From an uncultured Actinomycetota bacterium (GTDB taxonomy: Bacteria; Actinomycetota; Thermoleophilia; Solirubrobacterales; Solirubrobacteraceae): a stretch of 64,000 bases of DNA. The DNA lies in NCBI GenBank assembly GCA_963787595.1, contig CAWBDE010000003.1:949622-1013621 (forward strand). The letters are read 5' to 3'. The notes beneath the pieces are model-generated. The model did no database searches, was not told where the DNA came from, and saw nothing but the letters and a program-made list of their open reading frames with translations. Position 1 is the stretch's first letter; every line of letters starts with the position of its first letter. Shown here piece by piece: positions 19,170-27,967 of this stretch. The position numbers and the translations under genes were made by a program.

Positions 19170-19646
19170 CTAGGCCCCGACGTCGATCTTGGTGATCTTG
19201 AGCTTGCGCTCCCCCCGCGGCGTCACCACGGACACCTGTTCCCCGCGCTTGCGGCCGATCAGCGCCTTGCCGACCGGGGACTCGTTGGAGAGCTTGGCCT
19301 CCGCCGGGGCGGCCTCGGCCGAGCCGACGATCGTGTACTTGTTGGATCTGCCGCCCTCGTCCTTGACGTGTACGACCGAGCCGACGCGGACCACATCGGT
19401 ATCGAGATCCGACGCGTCGACGACCGTCGCCGAGCGCAGCTTGTCCTCGAGCGTGGCGATCCGTGCCTCGAGCATCGCCTGCTCGTTCTTGGCGTCGTCG
19501 TACTCGGCGTTCTCTGAGATGTCGCCGAACTCGCGCGCCTCCTTGATGCGGGCGGCCACCTCGCGCCGGCGCGTCGTCGCGAGGTGATCGAGCTCCGCCT
19601 TGAGGTTGGCGAGGCCGTCCGGGGTGAGGATGACGTCCTTTGGCAT
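19170..19646 (-). CDS. greA: Transcription elongation factor GreA
   Basis: MPKDVILTPDGLANLKAELDHL...EAREFGDISENAEYDDAK...SNESPVGKALIGRK. Only the last 158 codons of listed ORF 19170..20663 are GreA. Confidence 0.95.
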   Translation of the reverse strand: MPKDVILTPDGLANLKAELDHLATTRRREVAARIKEAREFGDISENAEYDDAKNEQAMLEARIATLEDKLRSATVVDASDLDTDVVRVGSVVHVKDEGGRSNKYTIVGSAEAAPAEAKLSNESPVGKALIGRKRGEQVSVVTPRGERKLKITKIDVGA

Positions 19647-19681
19647 AGCGATCAGACCTGTGTTCGGGGCAGTGCAGACGA

Positions 19682-19707
19682 GAAAAACCCGCCTGAAGCG
19701 GCGGGAT
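19682..19707 (-). terminator. Rho-independent terminator downstream of the S53 protease gene
   Basis: The minus strand reads CCCGCC-GCUUCA-GGCGGG followed by UUUUUCU. Confidence 0.65.
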
Positions 19708-19810
19708 CGCACCTGCGGCGGGCCGCGGTGGGCGCATGAGTATAGACAGCGCCAACTTCCTCCCGGCAAGCCTGGCGATCGATGCTTCCCCTGGCGTGGG
19801 GCGGGGACGG

Positions 19811-22624
19811 CTACGACAGCTTCTTGACGGCGATCACGAATCTGGTCGTCCGCCGCGCCGCGTCGGTCGCCGCCATCCGCATCGTCATCTGCCTCACCTG
19901 GTGCCGGTGGACCTTGACCGCTACGCCCGCCGAGACGCTCATCGCCTTCCCGCCGAACGTCACCCTGGCACTGCTCACCGCCGGGACGAACGTGAGCTGC
20001 ACGGACCCACCAATGCGCCGGAGCTTGAAGTGGATCCGCGTGGCGCCGGACCTGACGGTGATCGACCGGCTCAGCGTGCGGTTGGACTTGACGAAGCGCA
20101 GGCCACCGGGCAGCGTGACGGTGACCGAGGCCAGCTTCGGCGCGTGACTGCCGGCGGCGGTGGCGAAGCTCAGCCTCGGCTTGCCGGCGGCCAGACCCGT
20201 CAGCGCGACGAGCTTGATCGTGGGCGGCCCGGGTGAGGGCGGGCCGCCTCGGGTCGTCGGCGGCGGCGGCTTGGGCGTCGAAACCGGCGGTTGCGGCGTG
20301 GTGTGGACGACCGTCGTGGCCGGGGGCGGCGGGGTCGTCGCGGTGACGGTGGCCGTGGTAGTGGTAGTCGTGGTAGTGGTAGTGGCGACGGGGGCGATCG
20401 TCCAGGTGAATGTGACCGAGCGCGCGGTTATCGGGTCGGCGGCGATCACCGTCACCGTCGCGGTCTGCGCGGTCGCCGGCGTGCCGGAGATCACGCCGGT
20501 GACCGGATTGATGCTCAGGCCATTGGGCAGGCCGGTGGCCGAGAAGCGGGGCACGTCTCCGGCTGAGTCGGTCGCCTGCATCTGCACGGACACGGGCTGC
20601 CCGACCGTGCCCGATCGGTTGCTTGCCGGAGAGACGGAGATGACCGGCGTCGGCGGAGAGCACAGGGAGCTGCCCAGCGTGTTTACGATCGGAGTGCCAA
20701 GACCCGTCGCCATGTCGTACCCGTCAAGCACCGGGTAGAGCCCTTTGGGGTTCAATGTGTTGGTCCCCGCGAACACGTCGTTCCCGGCGATCCCGGAGAA
20801 CGGGCTCGCCTGGGTCGAGGTGATGTCGTGGAAGTCTGCGGAGTAGGTGGCGGTGCCCGCGCCCGCGAGCTCGTACAACACCGGGTTCACGAACCCGAGC
20901 GTCGTCCCGGCGCAGTCCGCTGACGCGTTGGCCAGCGTCGCGAAGGCCGCCCACAACGGCGCCGCGGCGCTGGTGCCGCCGAGCACCTCCCAGCCGCCAC
21001 CGCGGTGGCCGCCGTTGGCGTACATGACATATCCGGTGTTGGGATCGGCGTCGGCGGAGACGTCGGGGACCTCGCGACAGTACTGGCCACCGCAGCCCGT
21101 GGACGAGTCGGCCTGGATCACCCCCAGGCCCGGGCTGCTGTCCAGCTGATAGGCGGGCATCGGCCAGTTCGCCGACACGCCGCCCCCGCTCCCCGCCACA
21201 TTGCCGCTGCCGCCGCCGGTGGGAGGACCGTTGTTCCAGAGGTACTCGCCGGGGTAGGCGGTCATGGTGTTCGCCGACCAGGACTCCGACTGGCTATTCC
21301 ACACTCCCAGGCTGGTCCCGCCGACGGAGGTGGCGTACGGCTGGCTGGCTGGATCGAGCACCGACAGGCTCTTGTCGCTCTGATCCAGGGCATAGCAATC
21401 GGTCGATCCGTAGTCGCCCGACGCGACGAAGAACGACTGGCCCTGGGCCGCCATCTCCTGCAACGTCGCGTTCTCGGCGCTCATGAACGCCGCATTGGCT
21501 TCACACACCCCCCAGGAGCTGGAGATCACCTGGGCGCTGTCGTCGTCGGCCATCCGCGTCAGGATGTCGGCCTCGGCCTGGGTGTTGGGGGGCGACTCGT
21601 ACACGTCGATGCTTGCCTGCGGCGCCAGCCCCATCACCTGCTCGATGTCGAGCGCCGCCTCGTCGTCATGGCTGCCCGTGCCGTACGTCCCGGGGCCGCC
21701 GTCGACATTGATGATCTGCGGAGATGTAGCGGGAAGGTTGTAGCACTGCTGGTACGCGGTGATGTCGCTGAGCTGGAGCGGCTCCTGCTCCAGGAACGCG
21801 ACCGTCTGATTTTGACCCTCGTCGCCTTTGGCGTAGTAGCCGTTCAGCCCGTATGCGTTGGCGATCTCGTCGGCGGTGTAAGCGACGTTGCCCGCGCCCC
21901 CCGAGGTGCTTGCCGCCGTCGTACAGGGGGTCGGACCGCTTCCGGGCGACGGCGGCGGTGAGCCGACCGAAGCCGAGTCGCTCTGCTGCTGCTGGGTCAA
22001 GCCCTGCGGCGCGGGCAGGGCCACGTCGTCGAGGCCGATCACCGCCTGCACCGAGCTGGCGACACTGGCCGCCACCTGCGGCGCTTGATCGTTGGCGTAG
22101 ACGGTGCGGCCGCTCGGCAACTGGAGCTGGGACTCCGTGACCGAGAACGCCTGCTCGACGTCGGCCACGCTGCCCTTCACCGGAAGCGTCAGGTGGTTGG
22201 CGGTGGGCGCCCCCACCGAAAGGCCCTGGGAGCGTAGTGAGCTCTGCACGGCTGCGATCTGCGACGCGCCGGCACCGAAGCGCTGCGCGAACCCATCGAC
22301 GCTCAGGTAGTGGTGAAAGTCGGCCGATCCCGGCGTCGACACCGCCTGGGCGTAGGTCTGCAGCGCGGCAGGATCCTGTGGCGTGAGCGCCACCGTCAGG
22401 CGCAGCGCCCGGGTCGCCGGCAGCGCTCCCAGCCGGCGGGCGCCGTGCGGAATCGCCGGGGCTGAACCGACCCTCAGCCGCCCTGGACCGACGGCCCGAG
22501 TGGAGGCACCGACGACCGAGGCGCGGCTGGACGCGACGCCGTCCGCCGCCTGCACTCCGAGCAGCGCGCCCATCCCACACATGGCAACGAGAACCCTCGT
22601 GGCGTTTGTCCACCGCCTTCTCAC
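19811..22624 (-). CDS. Secreted S53 (sedolisin/kumamolisin-like) serine protease with Ig-like domain, poly-Thr/Pro linker and unknown C-terminal domain
   Basis: - Signal peptide and a pro-kumamolisin-type activation domain (LRLTVALTPQDPAALQ...FHHYLSVDGFAQRFG).
- Catalytic motifs (DDEAALDIEQV, SSSWG, GGTSAAAPLWAAF).
- A 'putative Ig' repeat (SATGLPNGLSINPVTGVISGTP).
- A T10 run, PPPP linkers, and a ~130-aa C-terminal beta-rich domain. Confidence 0.85.
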   Translation of the reverse strand: MRRRWTNATRVLVAMCGMGALLGVQAADGVASSRASVVGASTRAVGPGRLRVGSAPAIPHGARRLGALPATRALRLTVALTPQDPAALQTYAQAVSTPGSADFHHYLSVDGFAQRFGAGASQIAAVQSSLRSQGLSVGAPTANHLTLPVKGSVADVEQAFSVTESQLQLPSGRTVYANDQAPQVAASVASSVQAVIGLDDVALPAPQGLTQQQQSDSASVGSPPPSPGSGPTPCTTAASTSGGAGNVAYTADEIANAYGLNGYYAKGDEGQNQTVAFLEQEPLQLSDITAYQQCYNLPATSPQIINVDGGPGTYGTGSHDDEAALDIEQVMGLAPQASIDVYESPPNTQAEADILTRMADDDSAQVISSSWGVCEANAAFMSAENATLQEMAAQGQSFFVASGDYGSTDCYALDQSDKSLSVLDPASQPYATSVGGTSLGVWNSQSESWSANTMTAYPGEYLWNNGPPTGGGSGNVAGSGGGVSANWPMPAYQLDSSPGLGVIQADSSTGCGGQYCREVPDVSADADPNTGYVMYANGGHRGGGWEVLGGTSAAAPLWAAFATLANASADCAGTTLGFVNPVLYELAGAGTATYSADFHDITSTQASPFSGIAGNDVFAGTNTLNPKGLYPVLDGYDMATGLGTPIVNTLGSSLCSPPTPVISVSPASNRSGTVGQPVSVQMQATDSAGDVPRFSATGLPNGLSINPVTGVISGTPATAQTATVTVIAADPITARSVTFTWTIAPVATTTTTTTTTTATVTATTPPPPATTVVHTTPQPPVSTPKPPPPTTRGGPPSPGPPTIKLVALTGLAAGKPRLSFATAAGSHAPKLASVTVTLPGGLRFVKSNRTLSRSITVRSGATRIHFKLRRIGGSVQLTFVPAVSSARVTFGGKAMSVSAGVAVKVHRHQVRQMTMRMAATDAARRTTRFVIAVKKLS

Positions 22625-22730
22625 TGTTAAGCCCTCCGGCGCCGGTCGTGGCCTGTCCCACTCGGACCACGAGCCGCGAATTCTCCAATCATGATACGGA
22701 CCCTCATCCCCTGCTGGAACCCAGCGGCGG

Positions 22731-23807
22731 CTAAGAAATACCGAATAGCGTGCGGGCCGCTTCGAGCGTCGGCGCCCGCTGCAGCTCGTCTTGGAGCGCG
22801 CGGTCGCCGCCGAGCCGCTCCAGATACCAGGGGTAGAACTTGCGCAGGTAACGCGCGGCGCGCTCCGGCCCCAGATGCTCGCCGGCGCAGTCGATCACCC
22901 AGTTCACCTCGGCCAGGACCTCGGCGCGGCTCGGGTCGTCCTCGCGTTCCCCGATGAGCTGCGCAAACAGCCACGGATTCCCCAGCGAACCTCGGGCCAG
23001 AGCCACCCCGGCGGCGCCCGTGCGGGTAAACGCCTCCCGGGCGAGCGCGGGGGTGCGCAGGCCACCGGAGATCAGAACCGGTACCGGCAGCTCCTCCACC
23101 AGGCGGCGGGCGAGCTCGTAGTCGGGAGCTCCGGAGTGACGTTGGGAGGCGTGCCGCGGGTGAATGCACAGGCCGGCGACGACACCGGCCTCGGTCAGCC
23201 GCCGGGCGACGGCGATGCCGCTGCCATCTCCCGCACGCACGCCCGAGCGCAGCTTGACCGTCACCGGCAGCCCGCTGCCCCGCCCCGCGGCGCGTGCCAG
23301 CGCGACCGCGCGATCCGGATTCTCCAGCAGCGCCACGCCGGCGCCCGTCTTGCACACCTTGGGCACCGGGCAGCCCATGTTGAGGTCGATCAGGTCGGCC
23401 CCGGCGGCGGCGACCCGCTCGGCCGCGGACTCCATCACGTCGGGATCATGGCCGAACAGCTGCACCGCCACCGGATGCTCCTCGGGGTGGATCCGCAGCA
23501 GCTCGGTGCAGGTCCGCGGGTTGCGGTAGTGCACGGCGAAGCTCGACACCATCTCCGACACGACCAGTCCGGCGCCATGGCGCTTGGCCTGCAGACGCAC
23601 GAACCAGTTGCCGATCCCGGCCAGCGGGGCGAGCACGACGCGGTTCGGAATCGGCACCCCGCCGAGCCGCCACGGCTCCGTCAACGCCCCGAACCGCACT
23701 CCGTCGCCGTCGCGGCCGGGCCACCGGGGCGACCGGCCGGCGCTCGCCGCACCGGTCTCCGACGCGGGGCCGGGTGCTCCGGTGAGGGTGTCGACGGGCG
23801 GGGTCAC
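22731..23807 (-). CDS. dus: tRNA-dihydrouridine synthase
   Basis: LAPLAGIGNWFVR, VAVQLFG and DLNMGCPVPKVCK...GAGVALL (catalytic Cys loop). Only the C-terminal 358 codons of ORF 22731..24518 are Dus-like. Start set at an in-frame GTG (VTPPVD). Confidence 0.85.
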   Translation of the reverse strand: MTPPVDTLTGAPGPASETGAASAGRSPRWPGRDGDGVRFGALTEPWRLGGVPIPNRVVLAPLAGIGNWFVRLQAKRHGAGLVVSEMVSSFAVHYRNPRTCTELLRIHPEEHPVAVQLFGHDPDVMESAAERVAAAGADLIDLNMGCPVPKVCKTGAGVALLENPDRAVALARAAGRGSGLPVTVKLRSGVRAGDGSGIAVARRLTEAGVVAGLCIHPRHASQRHSGAPDYELARRLVEELPVPVLISGGLRTPALAREAFTRTGAAGVALARGSLGNPWLFAQLIGEREDDPSRAEVLAEVNWVIDCAGEHLGPERAARYLRKFYPWYLERLGGDRALQDELQRAPTLEAARTLFGIS

Positions 23808-23816
23808 GATCGTTTC

Positions 23817-24968
23817 ATGGTACGAATGAAGGGCATGGACATCGCATCGCTCATCGACCCGTGGGCTCGCCAGCTGCACGATCAGGTCCCGGGGCTGGCG
23901 CTGTTCGATGCCCACACCCACCTCGGGCAGAATGATCCGGACGGGATGAGCCAGACCCCGGTGCAGCTGCTGGAGCAACTCCGCGTGGCCAACGCCCGCG
24001 GCGCCTTCGTGTTCCCGATGCACGAGCCCGACGGCTACCCGCCGGCCAACGACATGGTGATCGAGGTGGCGGCTGCAGCCGACGGACGGCTGACCCCGTT
24101 CTGCCGGGTGAGCCCCAACGCCGGCAACGCGCGCGCCGAGGCCGAGCGAGCGCTGGCGGCGGGGGCCAAGGGGATCAAGCTGCATCCGCGCGCCGAGCAG
24201 TTCACGCTCGATCATCCCGCCGTGCGGTCGCTGGCCGCGCTCGCGCAAGAGCGCACACTGCCGATGCTGATCCACGCCGGGCGCGGGATCCCCGCTCTCG
24301 GCGCTCACGTGGTGGAGCTCGCCGGGGCGTTTCCCGACGCCCGCTTCATCCTCGCCCACGCCGGGGTGTGCGATCTGTCGTGGATCTGGCGCTCCGCCGC
24401 CGATCTCCCGAACCTGCTGTTCGACACCGCCTGGTGGATGCCGGCCGACCTGCAGGCGCTGTTCGCGCTCGTGCCTCCGGGCCAGATCCTGTTCGCCTCC
24501 GACGCGCCGTACGGTCACACCCTGATGTCGGCGGTCACTCAGCTGCGCTCGGCGATCCAGATCGGCCTGTCGGCGGCGCAGATCCGCTCGATCGCCTCCG
24601 AGCAGTCACTGCGGATCGCCGCCCGTGATCCGCTGGAGCCGGCCGGGCCGGCGATCGGCGAGCGCGAGCGCGCATCCCACGTCCTGCTCGACCGCGTCGC
24701 GGAGTACGTGATGCTCGCCGCGATCGCCACCATGCGCGGCGGCGACGGCGGCCCCGAGATGCTGGCGCTCGCCCGGATGTCGTGCGACGTGCCCGACGAC
24801 ATCGATGACGCGCCCGTGTTCGCCGCGATCCGGGGCCTGCTGGACACGTTTGCGCAGCTCGAGGCGTCCGAGCCGACCAATCGCCGCCGGCTCGCCTTCC
24901 TGATCCTGGCGGTGAGCGTCGCGCGCACCCCCGACGTGCCGGTGCCGGCGACCGCCGCCATCGCCTGA
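23817..24968 (+). CDS. Amidohydrolase-2 (PF04909-like) metal-dependent hydrolase with helical C-terminal extension
   Basis: FDAHTHLG, GIKLHP, LIHAG, ILAHAG, FDTAWW and LFASDAPY. The start could also be at 23826 or 23835. Confidence 0.75.
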   Translation: MVRMKGMDIASLIDPWARQLHDQVPGLALFDAHTHLGQNDPDGMSQTPVQLLEQLRVANARGAFVFPMHEPDGYPPANDMVIEVAAAADGRLTPFCRVSPNAGNARAEAERALAAGAKGIKLHPRAEQFTLDHPAVRSLAALAQERTLPMLIHAGRGIPALGAHVVELAGAFPDARFILAHAGVCDLSWIWRSAADLPNLLFDTAWWMPADLQALFALVPPGQILFASDAPYGHTLMSAVTQLRSAIQIGLSAAQIRSIASEQSLRIAARDPLEPAGPAIGERERASHVLLDRVAEYVMLAAIATMRGGDGGPEMLALARMSCDVPDDIDDAPVFAAIRGLLDTFAQLEASEPTNRRRLAFLILAVSVARTPDVPVPATAAIA

Positions 24969-25010
24969 CGGCCGCACGCCCCCGCTGGACGGCCGCCGCG
25001 TTGCGACCAA

Positions 25011-25787
25011 CTATGCCGCGTTGCGCTCCCAGATCAGGCGCAGCCCGGTGAGGGTGAGCAGGTCGTCGACGTGGTCGACGGTCTCCCGGACGAACGGAAC
25101 CACCGCCTGCGCCAAGCCGCCGGTGGCGATCACCGGCGTGTCCTCTCCGAGCTCGGCGCGCAGCCGCCTGACGATCCCCTCCACCTGCCCGGCGAACCCG
25201 AACGCGATCCCGCTGCGGATGGCGTCGACGGTCGACTTGCCGATCAGCGAGCGCGGCTCGGCCATCTCCACCCTGGGCAGCTTGGCGGCGCGCTCGTACA
25301 GCGCTTCCAGGGAGATCTCCGCCCCGGGGGTGATGATCCCGCCCAGATACTCGCCGCTGTCGGACACCGCGTCGTAGGTGATCGCGGTGCCGAAGTCTAC
25401 GACCACGCAGGCGCTGGCGAACCGCGCGTAGGCGGCGATCGCGTTGACCAGCCGGTCGGCACCGACCTCACGCGGATTGTCGATCCGGATCGGCATCCCG
25501 GTGCGGATCGACGGGCCGACATTGAGCATCTCCTGCCCGAGGTAGCGGCGCGACATCGACGTCCACTGATCAGACAGCTGGGGCACGGTGGAGGAGACGA
25601 TGGAGCCGTCGATCTCGTCGAAGCCAAGGCCGCGGAGCGCCAGCAGGCTGGCCAGCCGCGCTCCCAGCTCGTCACGGGTCGACTCGCGCACGGTGGCGAA
25701 CCGCCAGTCCTCGGCGACGGCGTCCTCGCCGTCGCGGTAGACCCCGAAATGGGTCTGGGTGTTGCCGACATCGACGACCAGGAGCAT
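25011..25787 (-). CDS. coaX: Type III pantothenate kinase
   Basis: MLLVVDVGNTQTHFGV, VVDFGTAITYD and ATGGLA motifs. Confidence 0.9.
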   Translation of the reverse strand: MLLVVDVGNTQTHFGVYRDGEDAVAEDWRFATVRESTRDELGARLASLLALRGLGFDEIDGSIVSSTVPQLSDQWTSMSRRYLGQEMLNVGPSIRTGMPIRIDNPREVGADRLVNAIAAYARFASACVVVDFGTAITYDAVSDSGEYLGGIITPGAEISLEALYERAAKLPRVEMAEPRSLIGKSTVDAIRSGIAFGFAGQVEGIVRRLRAELGEDTPVIATGGLAQAVVPFVRETVDHVDDLLTLTGLRLIWERNAA

Positions 25788-25796
25788 GGCGAGTGA

Positions 25797-26354
25797 TTAC
25801 ACCAATGCCGGTGCCGGAGCAACCCGACGGACCGCCTGCCCGGGGCCCAGCGCTCGCAGGCACTCGTCCAACCGCTCTCCCGATGGCAGCGCCAGTTCAG
25901 GGTCGAGCTCCAGCAGCGGCGCGAGCACGAACCGGCGCGAGCTGACTTCGGGGTGCGGGAGCGTCAGCCGCGGCGAGCGGTACTGCAGGTCGCCGAGCAG
26001 CAGCACGTCGACGTCGATCACCCGCGGCCCGTGCCGGGGCCCGCCGGCGGAGCGGCCGACCTCCCGCTCCACCACCTTGGCCGCGGCGAGCAGCTCCTCC
26101 GGGCCCAGGTCGGTGCCGATCCGTAGGCAGGCGTTGAGAAAGTCGGCCTGATCGAGGACGAGCCCAACCGGCTCGGTCTCATACAGCGAGGACGCCGCCG
26201 ACACGGTGACGCCATGTCGCGGCAGCGCCGCCACCGCGGCCGCCAGGTGAGCCCGGGTGTCGCCCACGTTGGAGCCCAGGCCGAGATAGCCGGTGCGGAC
26301 GGGGCCGGCGCCGGCCGCCCCGGCGTCTCGTGGAGCCGGTCCCGTCGCAGTCAA
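25797..26354 (-). CDS. folK: 2-amino-4-hydroxy-6-hydroxymethyldihydropteridine diphosphokinase
   Basis: YLGLGSNVGD, SSLYETEPVG, RVIDVDVLL, LTLPHP and RRFVLAPL. Start inferred at the TTG overlapping the folB stop (TTGA). Confidence 0.9.
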   Translation of the reverse strand: MTATGPAPRDAGAAGAGPVRTGYLGLGSNVGDTRAHLAAAVAALPRHGVTVSAASSLYETEPVGLVLDQADFLNACLRIGTDLGPEELLAAAKVVEREVGRSAGGPRHGPRVIDVDVLLLGDLQYRSPRLTLPHPEVSSRRFVLAPLLELDPELALPSGERLDECLRALGPGQAVRRVAPAPALV

Positions 26355-26791
26355 CCCCCGGCCTCGCGCCACACCTCGACCGACACCTCGGTCACCGGCA
26401 GCGCCAGAGGGGGCTCCGGCTTGGCCGCCTTGACCCACACCGCCTGGGCCTCGTATTGGTCCAGAAGCCGGTCGGCGATCGCCCCGCAGAGACGCTCCAG
26501 CGTCTTGTAGGAGCGCTGCTGGGCGACCAGGTTGGCCACGTCGCACACCTGGGCGTAATCGACGGTGTCCTCGATCCGGTCGGTGAGGGTGGCGTCGCAG
26601 TCGCCGACGTCGAGCCGGAGATCGAGCAGCAGCCGCTGGCCGACCTCGCGCTCGGCGGCGGTCACCCCGACGTGGGTGAAGAGCGAGAGGCCGCTGATCT
26701 CGATGGTGACTTCGGGCTCGGAGCTCTCCTCGTCGTCATCGTCGTCTACGTCGTCGACATCGTCGAACTCGCCGGCGTCGTTCTCTCCCAT
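26351..26791 (-). CDS. folB: Dihydroneopterin aldolase
   Basis: The core IEISGLSLFTHVGVTAAEREVGQRLLLDLRL...DTVDYAQV...YKTLERL matches FolB. The listed ATG adds a ~25-aa poly-Asp/Glu leader and overlaps folP by 46 nt. Confidence 0.85.
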   Translation of the reverse strand: MGENDAGEFDDVDDVDDDDDEESSEPEVTIEISGLSLFTHVGVTAAEREVGQRLLLDLRLDVGDCDATLTDRIEDTVDYAQVCDVANLVAQQRSYKTLERLCGAIADRLLDQYEAQAVWVKAAKPEPPLALPVTEVSVEVWREAGG

Positions 26792-27627
26792 GCGCGAGGG
26801 ACCGTAGCAGCCGCAATTGTCAGAGCATCATGGACGGGGCCGGCGTCGTGGACGCGAAACACCCGGGCGCCGCGCTCGTAGGCGAGCACGTTGGTGGCGA
26901 TCGTGGCGGCCAGCCGGTCGTCCACGGCGCGGCCGGTCAGGCGAGCCAGAAACGACTTGCGCGAGGTGCCGATCACCAGCGGTCGCCCGAGCGCCGTCAG
27001 CTCGTGCAGCCGGGCCAGGAGCGTGAGGTTGTGGGCCACCGTCTTCCCGAATCCGATCCCCGGATCGAGCAGGATGCGCTCCTCCGGCACGCCGTGGGCG
27101 ACGGCGAACGCCATCCGCTCCTCGAGGAATGCCTTGACCTCGGAGACGACCTCTTCGTAGTGCGGGTCACGCTGCATCGTGCGCGGCTCACCGCGCATGT
27201 GCATGAGGCAGACGTCCGCCTGATGCTCGGCCACCAGTTCGACGATCGGTGGATCCGCTCGCAGCGCGGTGACGTCGTTGACGAGCGTGGCGCCGGCGAC
27301 GAGGGCCGCCTGCGCCACCGCCGCCTTGGAGGTGTCGACGGAGATTCGTGCGGCCGTCCCGGCGGCCCGCAGCCCGTCGATGACCGGCAGCACCCGCGCC
27401 AGCTCCTCGGCGGCCGAGACCGGCTCGGCGCCCGGCCGCGTCGACTCTCCGCCGACGTCGAGGATCGCGGCGCCCTGCGCCGCCAACGCCAAGCCGTGGG
27501 CCGTCGCCGCGGCGGCGTCACGAAACCGCCCACCGTCGGAGAAGGAGTCCGGTGTCACGTTGACGATCCCCATGATCGTGAAGCCGGGGTCGGCGTCCGC
27601 GGCCATCATCGATCCTCGTCGGGCCAC
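26746..27627 (-). CDS. folP: Dihydropteroate synthase
   Basis: IMGIVNVTPDSFSDGG, ILDVGGESTRPG, SVDT, VNDV, GIGFGK and GTSRKSF. Confidence 0.95.
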   Translation of the reverse strand: MARRGSMMAADADPGFTIMGIVNVTPDSFSDGGRFRDAAAATAHGLALAAQGAAILDVGGESTRPGAEPVSAAEELARVLPVIDGLRAAGTAARISVDTSKAAVAQAALVAGATLVNDVTALRADPPIVELVAEHQADVCLMHMRGEPRTMQRDPHYEEVVSEVKAFLEERMAFAVAHGVPEERILLDPGIGFGKTVAHNLTLLARLHELTALGRPLVIGTSRKSFLARLTGRAVDDRLAATIATNVLAYERGARVFRVHDAGPVHDALTIAAATVPRAWERTTPASSTMSTT

Positions 27628-27914
27628 CGGCCGGTCCGGTCGTAGTACTCCCGGGCGTGTTCCTCTGACTCGCGATCCTCGTTGCTGCGCAAGCTCAGCC
27701 GGTACATCCAGTTGATCATCCAGACGATCAGCGCGACCAGCAGCAGCGACACTCCGGCGGCGGACTCCAGCGACCGGGTGTTGGCCAGATTGGAATAGCT
27801 GCCGTGGCCGATCACGATCAGGACGACGCCGGCCAGCGCAATCACCAACGGCAGCCCCACCCGGACGAGGGACAGCCCGCCCGGGATCCGATTTAGGCGA
27901 CGCTCGCTGCGCAT
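27606..27914 (-). CDS. Small two-TM membrane protein (hypothetical)
   Basis: 102 aa with two hydrophobic helices (GLPLVIALAGVVLIVIG and GVSLLLVALIVWMINWMY). Its 3' end overlaps the folP start by 22 nt. Confidence 0.5.
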   Translation of the reverse strand: MRSERRLNRIPGGLSLVRVGLPLVIALAGVVLIVIGHGSYSNLANTRSLESAAGVSLLLVALIVWMINWMYRLSLRSNEDRESEEHAREYYDRTGRWPDEDR

Positions 27915-27967
27915 GGCGTTGACGTTACCCCTCGCCGCGCGCCGCCGGCCGGCGCCCGTCGCTCGCT

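Noticed and set aside
20330-20400. Repetitive gtggtagtg... DNA on the plus strand.
   Set aside because: It is the reverse complement of the ACC/ACT codons encoding the poly-Thr stalk of the S53 protease. This is coding low complexity, not a separate repeat element.
19647-20663. Upstream 339 codons of listed ORF 19170..20663 (apparent 497-aa GreA).
   Set aside because: Only the last 158 codons are GreA. The rest is antisense to the 3' end of the S53 protease gene and crosses its terminator.
23808-24518. N-terminal extension of the dus ORF (22731..24518).
   Set aside because: It is antisense to the amidohydrolase gene and its translation has no Dus similarity. Dus homology begins near 23700.
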